A stretch of DNA of 64,000 nt. It comes from Tubiluchus corallicola. Taxonomy: Eukaryota > Animalia > Priapulida. Of this stretch, positions 49,567 to 63,205 are shown piece after piece. A model generated the notes under the pieces. The model ran no database searches, was not told the DNA's origin, and saw only the letters and a list, made by a program, of their open reading frames with translations. The stretch covers positions 19,532-83,531 of the forward strand of contig JAQGDQ010000526.1 in NCBI GenBank assembly GCA_030141605.1, written 5' to 3'. Positions within the stretch are counted from its first letter, which is position 1. Each line of letters opens with the position of its first letter. The position numbers and the translations under genes were made by a program.

Positions 49567-49778
49567 TGATCTGAATAGAATGTAATTATTGTCCGCACAC
49601 GCCAAGATGATTATTATTATTATTTATTTTTTCTTTGATTTTTGCGCAGAATTTTACACGAACAGTCGCACGTGATCTGAATAGAGTGTAATTATTGTGC
49701 GCACACGCTAACATGATTATTATTGTTGTTTATTTTTCTTTGATTTTTGCGCAGAATTTTACGTGAACAGTCACACGT
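49567..49778. repeat. ~106-bp imperfect tandem duplication
   Basis: tgatctgaatag..gcacacgc..ctttgatttttgcgcagaattttac..gaacagtc.cacgt at 49567 and 49673. Confidence 0.85.
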
Positions 49779-50254
49779 CAGCATGACACAGCAATCGGGG
49801 TTTTCCCCGAATAATTATAGTAGGTCTAAGGAGAAGAATGGCTAGAAGTTTTGGGTTCAAATGCCACCCCTGGTTCGAATACCGATGATTTTTCAATTCA
49901 TTGACCACTCAGATAATACTTTCATTCCACCCGCCTGTAGTAGACTTACTCAGCTTTATTTGAGTTGCGGATCAAGTACTGTGGAAAAGTGTTAAGGTTC
50001 ATTGTGTTACAAAAGCCCATTATATAACAATGCAGCATTATTTAACAAAAATTCGTCATACGTAACAATCACTAAGTACGTAGCAAAAATGATGCATTAT
50101 ATAACAGTAGATTATATTGTAATCTGCAATCGATATCAACTTATCTTAAAGATGATTTAGGCATCCTTAATACTGACAAGGTTTCACAAGGTTAAACAAA
50201 GTAATTAGTACTTGGCCCTAGCTGAATTCTTACTTGCAGTGTGTCACTGTATAA

Positions 50255-50906
50255 TTTAAGGCACAAGAAAACCCTCCACTTACTTAAAAAATTCGTCTTG
50301 AAATTTCATACAACTTACATACGCTTTGTAAAACATGTAAATTTAAACTCGAGTACCGTTAGGACCGTTAGACGGAGCCATTTTGACGATAAGTCATTTG
50401 AAACAAATTTAGATAACACTGAGTAAAGTTTGAAAGAATAATCAGAACATTCGTAACGCAAACGTCACTAACTAAGTAAAATTTTAACTTACCGTATCTT
50501 GTCAATAAGATTAAAAATACGTTTTTTTGGTTAGTGCGTGGTGCACCCTGGAGGTGAGTCAACAATATTTTATAATTTTGGTGAAAACATTTTAAATAAT
50601 TAATCATTTCCTTTTCTAGTTACATAAGTCTTGCAAGCAGATAAGCGAAATTCTAAGTAACATAAGTTTGCATGGAAAGTTTTTGGGATATAATTTAACA
50701 TTTCCTTCTCTCGCCATGATTTACGCTTGCAAGTGACGTCATGTAATGGCGCCGTCGGAACAGTATTACGGGAGATTTAAAATGAAAACAAACAAAAATC
50801 CTTTCAACGCGAGTATGATATACGCATAAAATTGCTGCAAAGTAATATAATCTTTAAGGCGATTTTTCTGGAACCTATTTCAGGTACCCCTTTTCTTGTC
50901 CTTCAA
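50255..50906 (+). mobile_element. Kolobok-like MITE family A, near full length
   Basis: ttaaggcacaagaaaa ... ttttcttgtccttcaa, i.e. a short TIR with TTAA-type ends. Confidence 0.75.
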
Positions 50907-51339
50907 GGAACCTGTAAAAATATAGAGGCATAAACCAGAGCCGATTGCCATATACTTCAACTGTCTATCTTAAGCTTGCATCACGATGGTCAATCTTTCT
51001 AAAGCCTGCTACTTCCCACGGTCACAGGATAATACATCCTCGGCTGATCCTATTCACAGTATCCATTTTGTGATGTAGGTATAGGCCTAGGTATACCCTT
51101 GGCCTCGCTCACAGTATCAAAGATATTATCACTCCGCACGTAGTTGCTTCTTTGCTACCGTCATTCGTCCATCCGAATCAAACATATTTCTATAATTCCA
51201 CCATTAGGTTGTGAAAAAGCGCCGCATATGAAACATGAAGGAAAAATCTGTTTCCACTGAAGACTAAGCTGTTCTATGTAGACTTTAGAGACTTGGGTCT
51301 TTTAATAAGTTTTTTGAAGTAGTCGCACAATGTACCAGC

Positions 51340-51670
51340 TGCCGCCATATCATTCCAATACTCCTAAAATTGCACTGGTACGATTAAATACAGAATTAAA
51401 TTTAAAACGAATTTGATAAATTACAAAGCTCTGGCTCCTACTTACATGTCAGACCTTCTGAAACTATATGTCCCTCGCAGAGCATTAAGATCTAGCTCAA
51501 ACAGAAGTAATCTTGAAGTCTCACATACCAGGCTAGTCGCAGGTCGTGATAAATCATTCAGTTATGCTGCCCCCAAATTGTGGAATTCGTTGCCCCTACA
51601 ATTACGCCTGTTCAAGTTAATTTTTAAAAGTCTGAAAACTTGCTATTTTAATGAAGCCTTCTGTGGTTGA
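51340..51670 (+). mobile_element. L2/Crack-type LINE 3' fragment
   Basis: Encodes LHW..RI.FK..KALAPTYMSDLL..YVPRRALRSS..DKSFSYAAPKLWNSLP. Confidence 0.8.
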
Positions 51671-51984
51671 CCTAATCTTGTATTTTTTACGAATATGTAT
51701 GTTTTATGGAATTGGTTTTATTATTTTACTAAATTTTCTGTGTTTTTATTATGTTTCCTTGTTTGTCATATTCAATGTACTTTTAATCAATCAATGTGCC
51801 ATTGTCTTAAATATCTTGTGAATCTTTTGACGATTTTGACAATCTTTTATTTGTAAGATGCATTTGATAACCATGTAAAATACATTAAAAATATTCAATA
51901 AATGAATTAAATAAACGTACGAGGAGGCATATAAGGCATGGACATGTGGCAACCACAGTCCATATCTTTTATTTCAATTTTCAG

Positions 51985-52122
51985 TGTTGGCCTGGACTGG
52001 GCATACATATTATGAACAAGCTCGTGTTTTCACCCCCAAAAAAACTAATGATTCTGGCGGCTGGGTGTTCTCCGGTGTCTCAAGCAACCGCTGAGGTGTC
52101 ACACTACTGGAACTTAGTGCAG
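51985..52122 (+). CDS. GABA-B receptor-like, coding exon 2
   Basis: tttcag| CWPGLGIHIMNKLVFSPPKKLMILAAGCSPVSQATAEVSHYWNLVQ |gtatga. Confidence 0.92.
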
Positions 52123-53025
52123 GTATGACAAATCATCAATCAATTATCAAGTTTATATGATACAGCATGCTTCAACCTTCCTGTTAATGGCTTACGTGTA
52201 CCACATAAAGTAGAAATAGCAGCATTAAATGGAAATTTATTATGACGTTTGATGACCAATCGACAGATGCCAAATGTTTAACGGAATACCGGTCAATTGT
52301 TTAGACTCAAAATTTGAGTATCCGAGGTAATTATTATTTAATCTAAGCTTTGATTTAAAAAATCTATTGTAGTTTTCAATATTTTAGAGCATTCTTTATT
52401 TTGAACTAATGTTTACACAATCGTCCGGTTTTCCTTTAAGGACAGATCCGACATTAATTTCTGTATTCGGGATTTAGTGAAAGACAAATTGTGTAGCTAA
52501 AAACTTAACGCATTAACTAATCTATGGTCTACGTACATTAACTATCATGAAATTTCATTTTCTAGACTGCTTTCTAGCCATTTAGACAATATGACATATG
52601 AGTGCATATATACTGGATGTTTTTTGCTGACATAACATATACGTTTATCTTGCAAAATTGCTGAGTTATAACTATATTAGTGCTGTATTGAGCAAATTTT
52701 GTAATTTTTCAGCTTTCGATTGGAATCTACGAGCCTCAACTGTTTTTATATTTTTTCAAGTATTCGCTTGCATATATTTTGCATAGACGCTTTTACTTTT
52801 GGTCGAGGCTCGATCCAAATCACTATTCATCTGAATGTTGCTCTTGTTCTTCTTGTTATGCAACTGTTTTAGTACGCACTTGGGTGTGTCAGTTTCTCAT
52901 TTTTGTTACAGCAACAAACAGCTAAGCTACAGTTTACATGTACTTCAAAGTTTAATACTACTGCATTAGGCGTGCAAATAAAGACTACGAAAAAGATTTA
53001 TCACCATCATCTTTTTCATATGCAG

Positions 53026-53196
53026 GTGTCGCCAGCATCGGTTGCGCCATCTCTTTCAGATCGAAGGCGATTCCCATTATTATTCAGGACCTCGACGTCT
53101 GATCTCACGATGAACAACATTAGAGTGGAACTGCTCAAGTACTTGGGATGGAAAAGGGTGGCCATATTACAGGAGACACTGGAAATTTTCACTACG
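53026..53196 (+). CDS. GABA-B receptor-like, coding exon 3
   Basis: tgcag| VSPASVAPSLSDRRRFPLLFRTSTSDLTMNNIRVELLKYLGWKRVAILQETLEIFTT |gtgaag. Confidence 0.9.
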
Positions 53197-54474
53197 GTGA
53201 AGTTTATTATTACTGAAATAACTAGCGAAAACAAGAGTTGATTACTACGCGCGTTGGAGGCTTCCACACAGAGAGGGGAAAAGAGAGAGGGGGTGAGAGA
53301 AAGAGTGAGAAAGGAAAAGGGGACGTAAAAGTGATACATGTGAGCTAAACAGACAGAAACTCAGTTGACCATTGGCAGGTTTAGGGGGGGGGCAAGGGGC
53401 TTGGGCCCTTCGTTTCACAGTAACAGTTACAACCCACCAAATTTATATTTTACAAACATCTGAATTACAAGCATTAAAACGATTTGCTAAATCCTAAAGG
53501 TGCCTTATATCTGTAAAAAGTATATATCACAAGAAAACGGGTTAAAGTTATGTACATCATGTTGCTGTATAGCGTATATCAGTATATTTGTATGTAATTT
53601 TGAGTCAAAGGTGAGTAAAAGGTCACTGTTATAAACTAGTGAGCTTCCTTGAGGAAATGGTTTCTAGAAAGCAGAAAAGTCGTTTAAAATGCATGTGTTG
53701 TTGTCCGGGTGGACCTCGCTGGGGGGCTTACACCGCTCCCCCAAACTCCCTAGCTGCTTTTCTGTTGGGTGCACTGGTGTTCTAAAACCTGTAATCCACT
53801 CCTGTTGACCATGTGTTAACATATATATAACCATATTGATTAGATCGCTCTTTAGCCCAACCCGAAACTTTCGGTTTATTATAAGAGATTTGCTTATTTG
53901 TCAGGACGTTTAATGGGCCTCCGTAAGTTAAATAAAATAAGTTTTTTAAAAATTTTCAGAATGTTTTTGTTTTTCTCAAATCCAGTAGCGGTTCGTGTAT
54001 ATGCACTGTGGAACGGCAGCACCCCCTATTTCACTCGATATTATCGTTAAAATTCAATATAATGAGTCTTTTTTCTTTAATTCTTTCTTTATACTTGTAC
54101 ATTATAAAGTCCTTAAGCTTAATGTCAGTAGCCATAGTTCATGAAAAAAATTACAAAAATCTTTGTATGGAACTGCGCGCTCCACAGTCCCAGGGATGTG
54201 GTGTTTGGCTGTTGTGCGCACGCTAGGTAGAGATAGCACTGTCGCTTACGCAGTGCCGACCCTGTTGTGCAAATATTTTGTTTAGGATTTTATAAAGTTT
54301 GTGAATATTTTGCTTTTATATGTTTGTTTCGTTTCACACAATATTAAAACAATGGATAAAAATTTTCTGAAGCAACAGCCTAAGTAGCTATGCTCAGATC
54401 ATTTGTAAATTCGTCTCATGAATATATCTTAAATTCACAGTTGAAAGAACTCTTTATGGATCTTTTTTACGTAG

Positions 54475-54582
54475 GCTTCAGAACCTTTTATAAAACAACT
54501 AGAAGACAATGGCATCGCCTTAGAAACCGTCGTCAATTTTCATCCATTGGAAGATCCTTCAAATGCCATTGCCCAACTTCTT
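54475..54582 (+). CDS. GABA-B receptor-like, coding exon 4
   Basis: ttacgtag| ASEPFIKQLEDNGIALETVVNFHPLEDPSNAIAQLL |gtacgt. Confidence 0.8.
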
Positions 54583-54945
54583 GTACGTACATTTAGCAAA
54601 AAGTACTTTTTCACTTATATTAGTTAAATAAAAATTAGGTACTCGAAAAGTAAAAGTGGCAAAAGTTTAGAACACAAGTTATGTAAGCAGTTGATTATCT
54701 GTGATGTTGTCAATTTGGAATGTGGATATTTCGATAGCATACTTCGTGATATGATTAGCCTTTTGAAAATAGAACCCTTAAAAGTGCCCAAAAGTTGAAT
54801 GAGTATTGCACAATTATATGCGGCACTAATATGTAAAGTTCTGTAGGCTTTCTTGGTCTATTTATTACTCTATTAGTAAGTGTTAACGCACCATTAAATC
54901 GTATGTCTACATGTGTGTAATTAAAATGTTGTTTCATTTTTGCAG

Positions 54946-55011
54946 AAAAAAGATGCACGTATCATATTCGCTGGCATGTACCCGAGGCGTGCTACACGCG
55001 TTTTCTGCGAG
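54946..55011 (+). CDS. GABA-B receptor-like, coding exon 5
   Basis: ttgcag| KKDARIIFAGMYPRRATRVFCE |gtaagg. Confidence 0.92.
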
Positions 55012-55085
55012 GTAAGGTTACATATGATCATTGTAAACATGATTTTAGAACTGAAGTTGTTATAGCGAGAATGACTGCTAGTAAG

Positions 55086-55478
<393 letters not shown>

Positions 55479-55795
55479 TGTTAACTGAGGCTGACATTAG
55501 GGAAAAAAGAAAAAAACGAAAAAAGAAAACAGAAGACAATGGAGAAAAGGTGAGAACAGAGAAAATGTTGTAGTGGAATGGAGCAAGAGGAAAAAATTAA
55601 TGAACAAACGAATAAACAGGCGAATGAATAAATAAATGAACTAATGAATCCATTAAAAGCACATGAAAACAAGAAAGATAGAAGCAAAGAAAGTATGCTA
55701 GATGAAAAGGCAAAAATGAAAGAAGCGAAAGAAAAAGATGAAAAAGCTTCGCAATGTTTAGATTCGGACTTTATTTTAAAAATCCTTTTGTTCAG

Positions 55796-56055
55796 GCTTA
55801 CAAACAAGGACTGTATGGACCAAAAGTAGTTTGGATCCTCGTGGGTTGGTTCGATGATAACTGGTGGTCGTTCCAGAATCCAGGCTTGTATAATTGCACC
55901 ATGCAACAAATGTTTGAAGTTATGGAAGGATATCTGGCTACGGGAGCGGTGTTTTATAATCCCAAACAAGAACGTGGAATAGCTGGTCTTACGTCAAACG
56001 AATTCAGAAATTTATTTGAAGAGTACACTAAACACCGGCACGTATACGGAAACAG
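55796..56055 (+). CDS. GABA-B receptor-like, coding exon 6
   Basis: ttcag| AYKQGLYGPKVVWILVGWFDDNWW..NCTMQQMFEVMEGYL..GIAGLTSNEF..YGN |gtatta. An alternative in-frame donor lies at 56067. Confidence 0.9.
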
Positions 56056-56786
56056 GTATTACGACAGGTACAGTGTTTTGCGAAACAGTGAAAAACCCGC
56101 AGGATGTGTCTTTCGGGTTTTCATTTTCTTAACAGTCACATTGCGACATACAAAGGAAAACATTCTTGCTTTTACTCAAGCTGCAAAATTACTCGCATCA
56201 ACCGGTATATGTATAATAGTGTATAGCAAGTCTAGTATGAGTACATAATAACACCTTATGATGACGGTTGATGAATTAGGTCACATGTAATCAAGAAATG
56301 AAATTAACACTAGCTACCAACGTATCACATCATTTGCATGTATTCCTGACATTTCAATAATCTGTGCTCAGTTGCACGCAAGAATAATCTAGATTTACTT
56401 AAGTTTGCACGCAAAAGTCGAGCATTTAGTTTGATGCCTTTGCGATTTACTTCCTACAGTGCAAATGATGAAAAACTATAATCAAAGCATAAAATTTGTA
56501 AAAAAAAAACGTGCTTCTAAATTCTATAGCCGAGCCGTCAATCATGCCTGCCAAGTTGCAGCATCTAGTTTTAAATAAATAACATTTGTAAATAAATAAC
56601 GTTTCTTATGCAAAATTCCGTGCTAGAACGTCTTAGAACTAACAAATCAAATCAAATCCCTGGCATAAAAAACAAACGTATTAGTATACAAGTATAATCC
56701 ATCTAAACTGGATGGGTGGCGAAAAACATGACGTTGTCGAATCAGCCATCCCACAATAAATTCAATCTTATTTAACACAGAGCAAT

Positions 56787-56965
56787 ACATAACATAACAT
56801 AACATAACATAACATAACATAACATAACATAACATAACATAACATAACATAACATAACATAACATAACATAACATAACATAACATAACATAACATAACAT
56901 AACATAACATAACATAACATAACATAACATAACATAACATAACATAACGTAACGTAACATAACAT
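56787..56965. repeat. (AACAT)n pentanucleotide microsatellite
   Basis: Direct read. Confidence 0.98.
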
Positions 56966-57685
56966 AGAGTCTAATGGATGTTTTTTTCTCAGGAAAACAT
57001 TACAAATCATTAACAAGAAAAAATTTACAATCAAAAACTAAATAATAAAAAATATCAACAAGCGAAAACAGACACGGACTTGTACAGTAAACATAACAAA
57101 ATATCATTTCAGTAAATAAATCGAAAAATATAATTCTACAGCAAATCATGCTATGATACTCTGTATGCTAAGCTATACATATGTAATTTTTCATTAATGA
57201 AAAAGTGAACACTAGAAATAACTGTCATCATGCAATCGTACATTGTAAATTAAAACTCAATATGCTCAAACAAAAACAATAAAAAACATCATTAAATAAA
57301 TGCTATCTAAGTACTATCTAGATTTTTCATCTTTTGTAGAAGCTAATAAAGCAAATTAAAAATCAACGAAAATATTAAATTATCATGCCGTTCATGCAAT
57401 GAAGACTTAGTAACCCAACTAAATAATCGTATCCAATAATCGAGCCGCCGGGAAAAGCGTATTTGTATTTATTCGTAGTCAGACACACGTACAGTAACAA
57501 AATTATGTACAAGGATTAGTAAAAAATAACAATATAGGTTAACTAAATAAGGTTAGTTAAAAATATAAATACAATACCTAACACACCAATATATGTCTGT
57601 TCAACACGGCATTACTTCAAAAATTACTGTCATAATAATATAGCCTATAACATATAAACTTATTACTCATTATCAGCTTGACAGC

Positions 57686-57724
<39 letters not shown>

Positions 57725-59868
57725 TTATTTATACTCCCGGGATATACTTATATATTATATATAACATAATATTTTATATCGATCAGGTAAAATACAACTA
57801 GTTACAACAACAACAAATATGAATTAGAATAGAAATTAGCACTTGTTTTTCGAGAAAGTTGTTATGTGTTTTGATACCTTGTATTGTATCTCTGATAAGT
57901 AAACATATTGCAGTTTCTCTTTCATCTAGGTTATAAGATTTCTCCGTAATACGTGACATTAAATGTTTCAAATCGTGACAGTTTAATTTATTATTACATT
58001 TACAAAGTATCAACTGTAAATTATGCCCAATAATTGATCTCACAGAAAAAGTAGCTTGTCTTACAAAGTGCTTTACTGGAGCAATATTACTTCTCAAACA
58101 GGATAAATAAATTTTAGTGAAACGTTTCTGGAGCGGACTAAGTAGTTGAAGTATATCTCTGACGGCATGAAATATCGATGCGTAGTGTTAGGTAAATTCC
58201 ATAGTTAGGAAAGCATTTAAGCATGTAAACACACCGATACTATCCATCGTTTTTAAAAGAATAATTCTCCGTGGGCTCCACTGTAGAAAAGCAAGCAGGC
58301 AAAGCAAGCAGGTAAGCAAAAAAGCAAGCCACACTGATCACTGCCCCGATTTCTCTTGTTGCAGCTGCGTGATGAAGCATACTTAGTATCTAAATACGGC
58401 TAAAACACGTCTGATGTGCTACCTTCTAAGAAAAAAATCTCCAACAACATAATTGTGTAGCTTGTATCGTTTAAACTGAAAACAAATAAGATAATTTTAT
58501 ATAATTTTGCTTCTTAATTTTACGGCGAAATCTAAACCAAATTGATCTAACAAACTTTAACAAACTTTTTGGTAAATTATAGACTCTAATCTCTAGTCTT
58601 TTTAATAAACAAAAATTCAAGATTTAAGAAATTAAGAAATCAACTTACATGGTGATCTTCTGTAAGTGTAATTATGAAATTATAACAACAAATCAATGAC
58701 TGACGCTAAACAATTTGTCACTGCAGTGTGTGAACGCCTGAGTTACTCCAATCTACAGGTAAGTGTACAGGTAAAAGTCTGGTCACATGACCTGTTTAAA
58801 AGGAAACCAGTTTATAACAGAAAAGAGGGGGCAACACAAGTTTAAATAAATCAGCACATCTGACGATTCAGCGTTTTTAACGTGAGGGATTTATACTTAA
58901 CAAAAACATAGGTTCCGGCCCTGTCACATTAAGGAAACCTTCTCTTCAGGGCGGGTGTTACCATTAGACAAACTAGGTAGTCGCCTAGGGGGTAAGTCTC
59001 ACTGGAGGGGGGCATAGTAACTGCTTTATAGAAATATACGTTTTAAGGAAAATCACAATTAACAAAAATACAGAGTTCAACGATCTGATAGAATTGATGA
59101 AAAATTTGCAACACGGAATGCATATAAAGTGAGCGAAAGTGAAACGTGAAATGAGTTTTCTTTAAGCTGTTGTCTTTTTTGTCATTCTAACAGGATGTTC
59201 CAGCTCAACGACTAACAATTTATTTTCTTTTATTTTGCATATAATACTTATAGCTGATACCAAGAACAATTTTCTTTACTATAATTTCAGGTGACATGTG
59301 TCTATCATGTTTTTTAAGCGAAAGCGCATTTGCCCTAAAGCGTAAGATAGCAGAATTTATATGGTGTTATACTGAATGTCACGCTTCACTTTTATTAATA
59401 TTGACAGTGTTTACAGCCATTCGTTATTCTTACAAGTTAAAACAAATGTAACAGTATTATTTTTTACTTTTTTCGACAAATACGTTTTTAAACATCGAAA
59501 TCGACACGATATAATGCTGCAAATAGCTCGACTCGCCTTCAAACGCGAGAGCAAAATAGTCTGGCACGGGTGCTGTCTGCCTTAAGTGCTGGGTGCATGG
59601 TTACAAAATGCAGAGTTATGCTGCTTATGTCCAGTAGTGCTTCTTCTGTTATTGCACACACACGTATAGGAGGCTTATTGATTATGGTTTGTTTTCCTTT
59701 TTTCTGGTTCCAGTCTCTTTTCTGCACTTATTTCATAAGAAACAGTCGACCAGTGAAAATAAACGCTTTTCCTACCCGCAATTTAGTATTAGCTGAATCA
59801 TTTGCAAGTTGAAATGGTAAAATATCATCGCATATTCATCTCAAATCTGTCAATATTAATATTTTCAG

Positions 59869-59948
59869 ATTTTCCACCTGGGCATTTGACTGCGTGTGGG
59901 CAGTTTCACTTTGCTTGAATAAGACCGCGGCTGATCTAAAAGGAAAAG
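59869..59948 (+). CDS. GABA-B receptor-like, coding exon 7
   Basis: ttttcag| FSTWAFDCVWAVSLCLNKTAADLKGK |gtgaca; compare AYDAIWALALALNKT in GABA-B1. Confidence 0.88.
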
Positions 59949-60010
59949 GTGACAAATTACATGTGCTAGGTTTATGTTGCATCACAACAAACTTGATTAA
60001 GCCTTTTATC

Positions 60011-60654
60011 TTAAAGCACAAGGAAACACTCCACTTACATCAGCTTAAAAAATTCGTCGGGAAATTTTGTAGCACTTACGTACTGCCTTTTTGCTTACAG
60101 GCCTTGTGTCGGCAGTAATGCTGTATAAAACTTGTAAATTTAAACGCCCTGCGATGACCGTTAGACGCAGCCGTTTTGTCGATAAGTCGTTTGAAACAAG
60201 TTTAGATAACACTGAATAAAGTTAGAAAAAATAATCAGAGATTCGTAGCGCACACTAAGTAAAATTACTGTATTTTGTCAATAAAATTACGTTATTTGGC
60301 TAGTAAGTGGGGTACCCTGAAAGGGAGTCAACGATATTTTACAATTTGGTGAAAACATTTTAAATAATTAATAATTTTCTTTTCTAGTTATATAAGTCTT
60401 AAAAGCAGGTAAGCGAAATACTGAAAAATATAGATTTGCATGGAAAGTTGTTTGGGACATAATTTAACATTGTCTTTTCTTCCTTTGATTTACTTTGTGC
60501 GTGTATGACGTCATTTAATGGCGTGGTCGGAACAGCATTGTGAGAGATTTAAAATGAAAACAAACAAAAAATCCGTTCAACGCGAATACGATATACGCAT
60601 AATATTGCTATCAAGTAATATAATTTTTAAGACGATCATGTTCTTTTCCTTTAA
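60011..60654 (+). mobile_element. Kolobok-like MITE family A
   Basis: ttaaagcacaagg ... ttttcctttaa; colinear with the 50255 copy. Confidence 0.75.
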
Positions 60655-60834
60655 GTCTCTACAGGAGGTACATCGAGAAACTAGCATCTTGCCCGGCTTC
60701 TGCGGTGTACAGTAAAATCAAAGCAAAGCTCAAAGAAGCCATTTACTTTCTAGGCAGGTATGCTTTGCTGTTGGCTTTCAACAAAGAAGTTGTTAATAAA
60801 ATGAACAACCTAATAGCCACAGTGCATGCTGGTT

Positions 60835-60985
60835 CCCACAATTAAGCAACGCCAGGCCTAGTTAGTTAACGGATAGGTGAGTGCCGGAAAACCTCCGCTA
60901 GCCTTATTATTCTCCGAGTATTTATCGCGTTCAGGAAGGAAAGTATTTGCCGCCTCAGTTGATTCAGTGTCTCAATGGGTTGTCT
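60835..60985 (+). mobile_element. 5S-rRNA-derived SINE relic
   Basis: attaagcaacgccaggcctagttagttaacggataggtgagtgccggaaaacc aligns with the invertebrate 5S box A / IE / box C region. It is followed by gcctcagttgattcagtgtctcaatgggt, which resembles a SINE core domain. Confidence 0.55.
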
Positions 60986-61239
60986 CACTGTCTCAGTCCG
61001 TTCCTTGGGCGATGTATCCCTGCGCGAGGTTTTGAACTGTGCTAAAGTGTGCTAAAAAGCAGACATAATTGACATAGTGCATTTCGTTGTAAAATGGTAA
61101 AATAAATCAAGAATCAGTTCATTGGACGGCGTATATCGTATCAATAAATCAGCTTGACATTACTGTTATTGCACCTTACGATCTTATTGATGTCTACTGC
61201 AACGTATGCAGGTAATAAACTTATGGTTGACTTCAGCAA

Positions 61240-61440
61240 AGTGGCGTTTACGCAGCATCCGGATGCGTACGTGTTTCCACTGCGGAATAGCAGCGGACAA
61301 AATCGAATAGGAATAACTACAGAAAAAGAATAACGCATACGTGCATTGAAAACAATATAAATCGATTTTACCTATTCCGCGCCCCTTGCCCCCCTCCCCC
61401 CCCAAACGAATGCGCATCCGGATGCTGCGAAAACACTACT
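61240..61440. mobile_element. Short hAT-like MITE
   Basis: agtggcgtttacgcagcatccggatgcg ... cgcatccggatgctgcgaaaacactact. Confidence 0.65.
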
Positions 61441-61479
61441 TAATAATTATTTTTGTAAGCTACCTTCGATGCATTTTAG

Positions 61480-61635
61480 GCCAACTGCTGGAGGACTTTT
61501 CCTACGACAATGAAAACTACACAAACTTGATATTCAAGAATATGGCCATGACGGATTTTCTAGGCACAAAAGGACCGGTGCGTTTCGACAAAGAAGGGTC
61601 GGCTCTAAGTCCACAAAGAATAGCACAATTTCAAG
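61480..61635 (+). CDS. GABA-B receptor-like, coding exon 8
   Basis: ttttag| QLLEDFSYDNENYTNLIFKNMAMTDFLGTKGPVRFDKEGSALSPQRIAQFQ |gtgtga. Confidence 0.92.
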
Positions 61636-61751
61636 GTGTGAAACAACTTAAGATACATAGCAGCACATTAACTGTTTTTTACCCTTCTTTAACAATTAAT
61701 TTGCAAAACCGCCTATGTGTCGTATACAGTGTTATTAAATGTCATGTTTAA

Positions 61752-62217
61752 TAAAGCACTAAAAATCTTCCCCTTACATAAAGCTTAAAAAATTCCCTCT
61801 TGAAATTTAGAGATAACATTACTGACTAAGAAAAATTTTAAGTTACCGTTACTTGTCTGGAAAATTAAAAATACATTTTTGGTTAGTAAGTGGTGCACCA
61901 ATATGGGAAAACATTTTAAATAATTATTTCTAGTTACATACGTCTTTCTTGCAGGTAAGCGAAATGCTAAGTAATATAGATTTGCATGGAAAGTTTTTTG
62001 GGACATAATTTAACATTGCCTTTTTCTCCTGATTTACGTTGTGTGTATATGACGTCATGCAATGACGCTATCGGAACAGTATTGCGGGAGGTTTAAAATG
62101 AAAACAAACAAAAATTTGTTTTAACGCGGATACGCTATAAAATTGCTTCAAGGTAATATAATTTTTGACGCGATTTCTCTGAAACCTACTTCAGGTACCC
62201 CTTTCTTTGTCCTTTAA
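61752..62217 (+). mobile_element. Kolobok-like MITE family A (internally deleted)
   Basis: taaagcact ... ctttgtcctttaa. Confidence 0.75.
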
Positions 62218-62389
62218 GGAACCAGTGAAAATATAACGGCATAAAACGGGTCGATTACCATATTTCAACTGTCTGTTTTAAGCTTGCATCATGGTGGTCA
62301 ATACATCCTCGGCTGTATCTACTATTAATAGTATCCATTGTGTGATGCAGGTATAGGTCTAGTCATTTATTTTTTATTCTTTGCAACAG

Positions 62390-62476
62390 GTGGCGTTGTT
62401 GTACCAATTGGAATATTTGACGAGAAAGGAGAAACTATTGATGAGACGAAATTAAATAATCCATTTAAATGGAACA
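62390..62476 (+). CDS. GABA-B receptor-like, coding exon 9
   Basis: caacag| GVVVPIGIFDEKGETIDETKLNNPFKWN |gtaggt. Confidence 0.82.
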
Positions 62477-62949
62477 GTAGGTATCAAAGTTAGCGTTGAT
62501 GAGAGTTTTTTAAAACTTCAACCTTCTAATAAAGCTTTAAGCTTTAATATTTTAAGAAAAAATGAATACATTGTTGGCGATACGCACCTCAGCTATCTCA
62601 GATATCTTAGCATCTATCAAGATTTTTAATAAGTTTAATAAGTATACGATAATCCGAAATTCTTTGATGAAATTTTGTTAAAGCTGTCTCAGCCATTTAG
62701 TAAATCCGTCAAAAAAATCACGCAGACCGAGACGCTACGCTTACGTCCAAATAAGCAAACAATTTTTACTTGATTTACAATATTTCTTACATAGTCACGA
62801 GTAAGAAATTTGCTTACGAATTTTGGTTATACAAAACTTTTGTGTGACAGCTTAGAGTTAAAAAGCTAAAAAGGCCAAGTGAAAATGAAAGTCATTAAGA
62901 CTTGCTTATGTAAATCTTTTACTACAATAATCATGCTGCTTTCTTTTAG

Positions 62950-63106
62950 CATCAGGTAACAAGGTACCTAGAGACGGACACCAAATTTTGGAAGAAAAGA
63001 TTTTTGTTTCCCACGAGTTGTACATTGGGATGTCACTGATGGCAGGTTCTGGAATCGCCCTTACCATCGGTTTTCTTATCTTCAGTATTCTTTGTCGAGA
63101 AGCCAG
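62950..63106 (+). CDS. GABA-B receptor-like, coding exon 10 (stalk and TM1)
   Basis: ttttag| SGNKVPRDGHQILEEKIFVSHELYIGMSLMAGSGIALTIGFLIFSILCREA |gtacga. There is no cysteine-rich domain between the VFT and TM1, which is diagnostic of the GABA-B type. Confidence 0.88.
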
Positions 63107-63205
63107 GTACGATTTTTTTATGAAATTGTAACCCACGGCGATTCCTTAAAGGGTTTTAACGTTCACAGAAGTCTTACAAAGTCTGGCGAAACTTTTTCTC
63201 GCAAT

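Noticed and set aside
57798-58160. 99-aa minus-strand ORF as a gene
   Set aside because: Resembles a degraded LINE C-terminus inside a receptor intron; too weak to classify.
60740-60845. YALLLAFNK as the receptor's WALALALNK exon
   Set aside because: The true exon is 59869-59948 (AFDCVWAVSLCLNK) with correct phases. This match lacks compatible splice sites and runs into a stop.
60835-60900. Functional 5S rRNA gene
   Set aside because: Partial and diverged, with no 5' stem or Pol III terminator; treated as a SINE relic.
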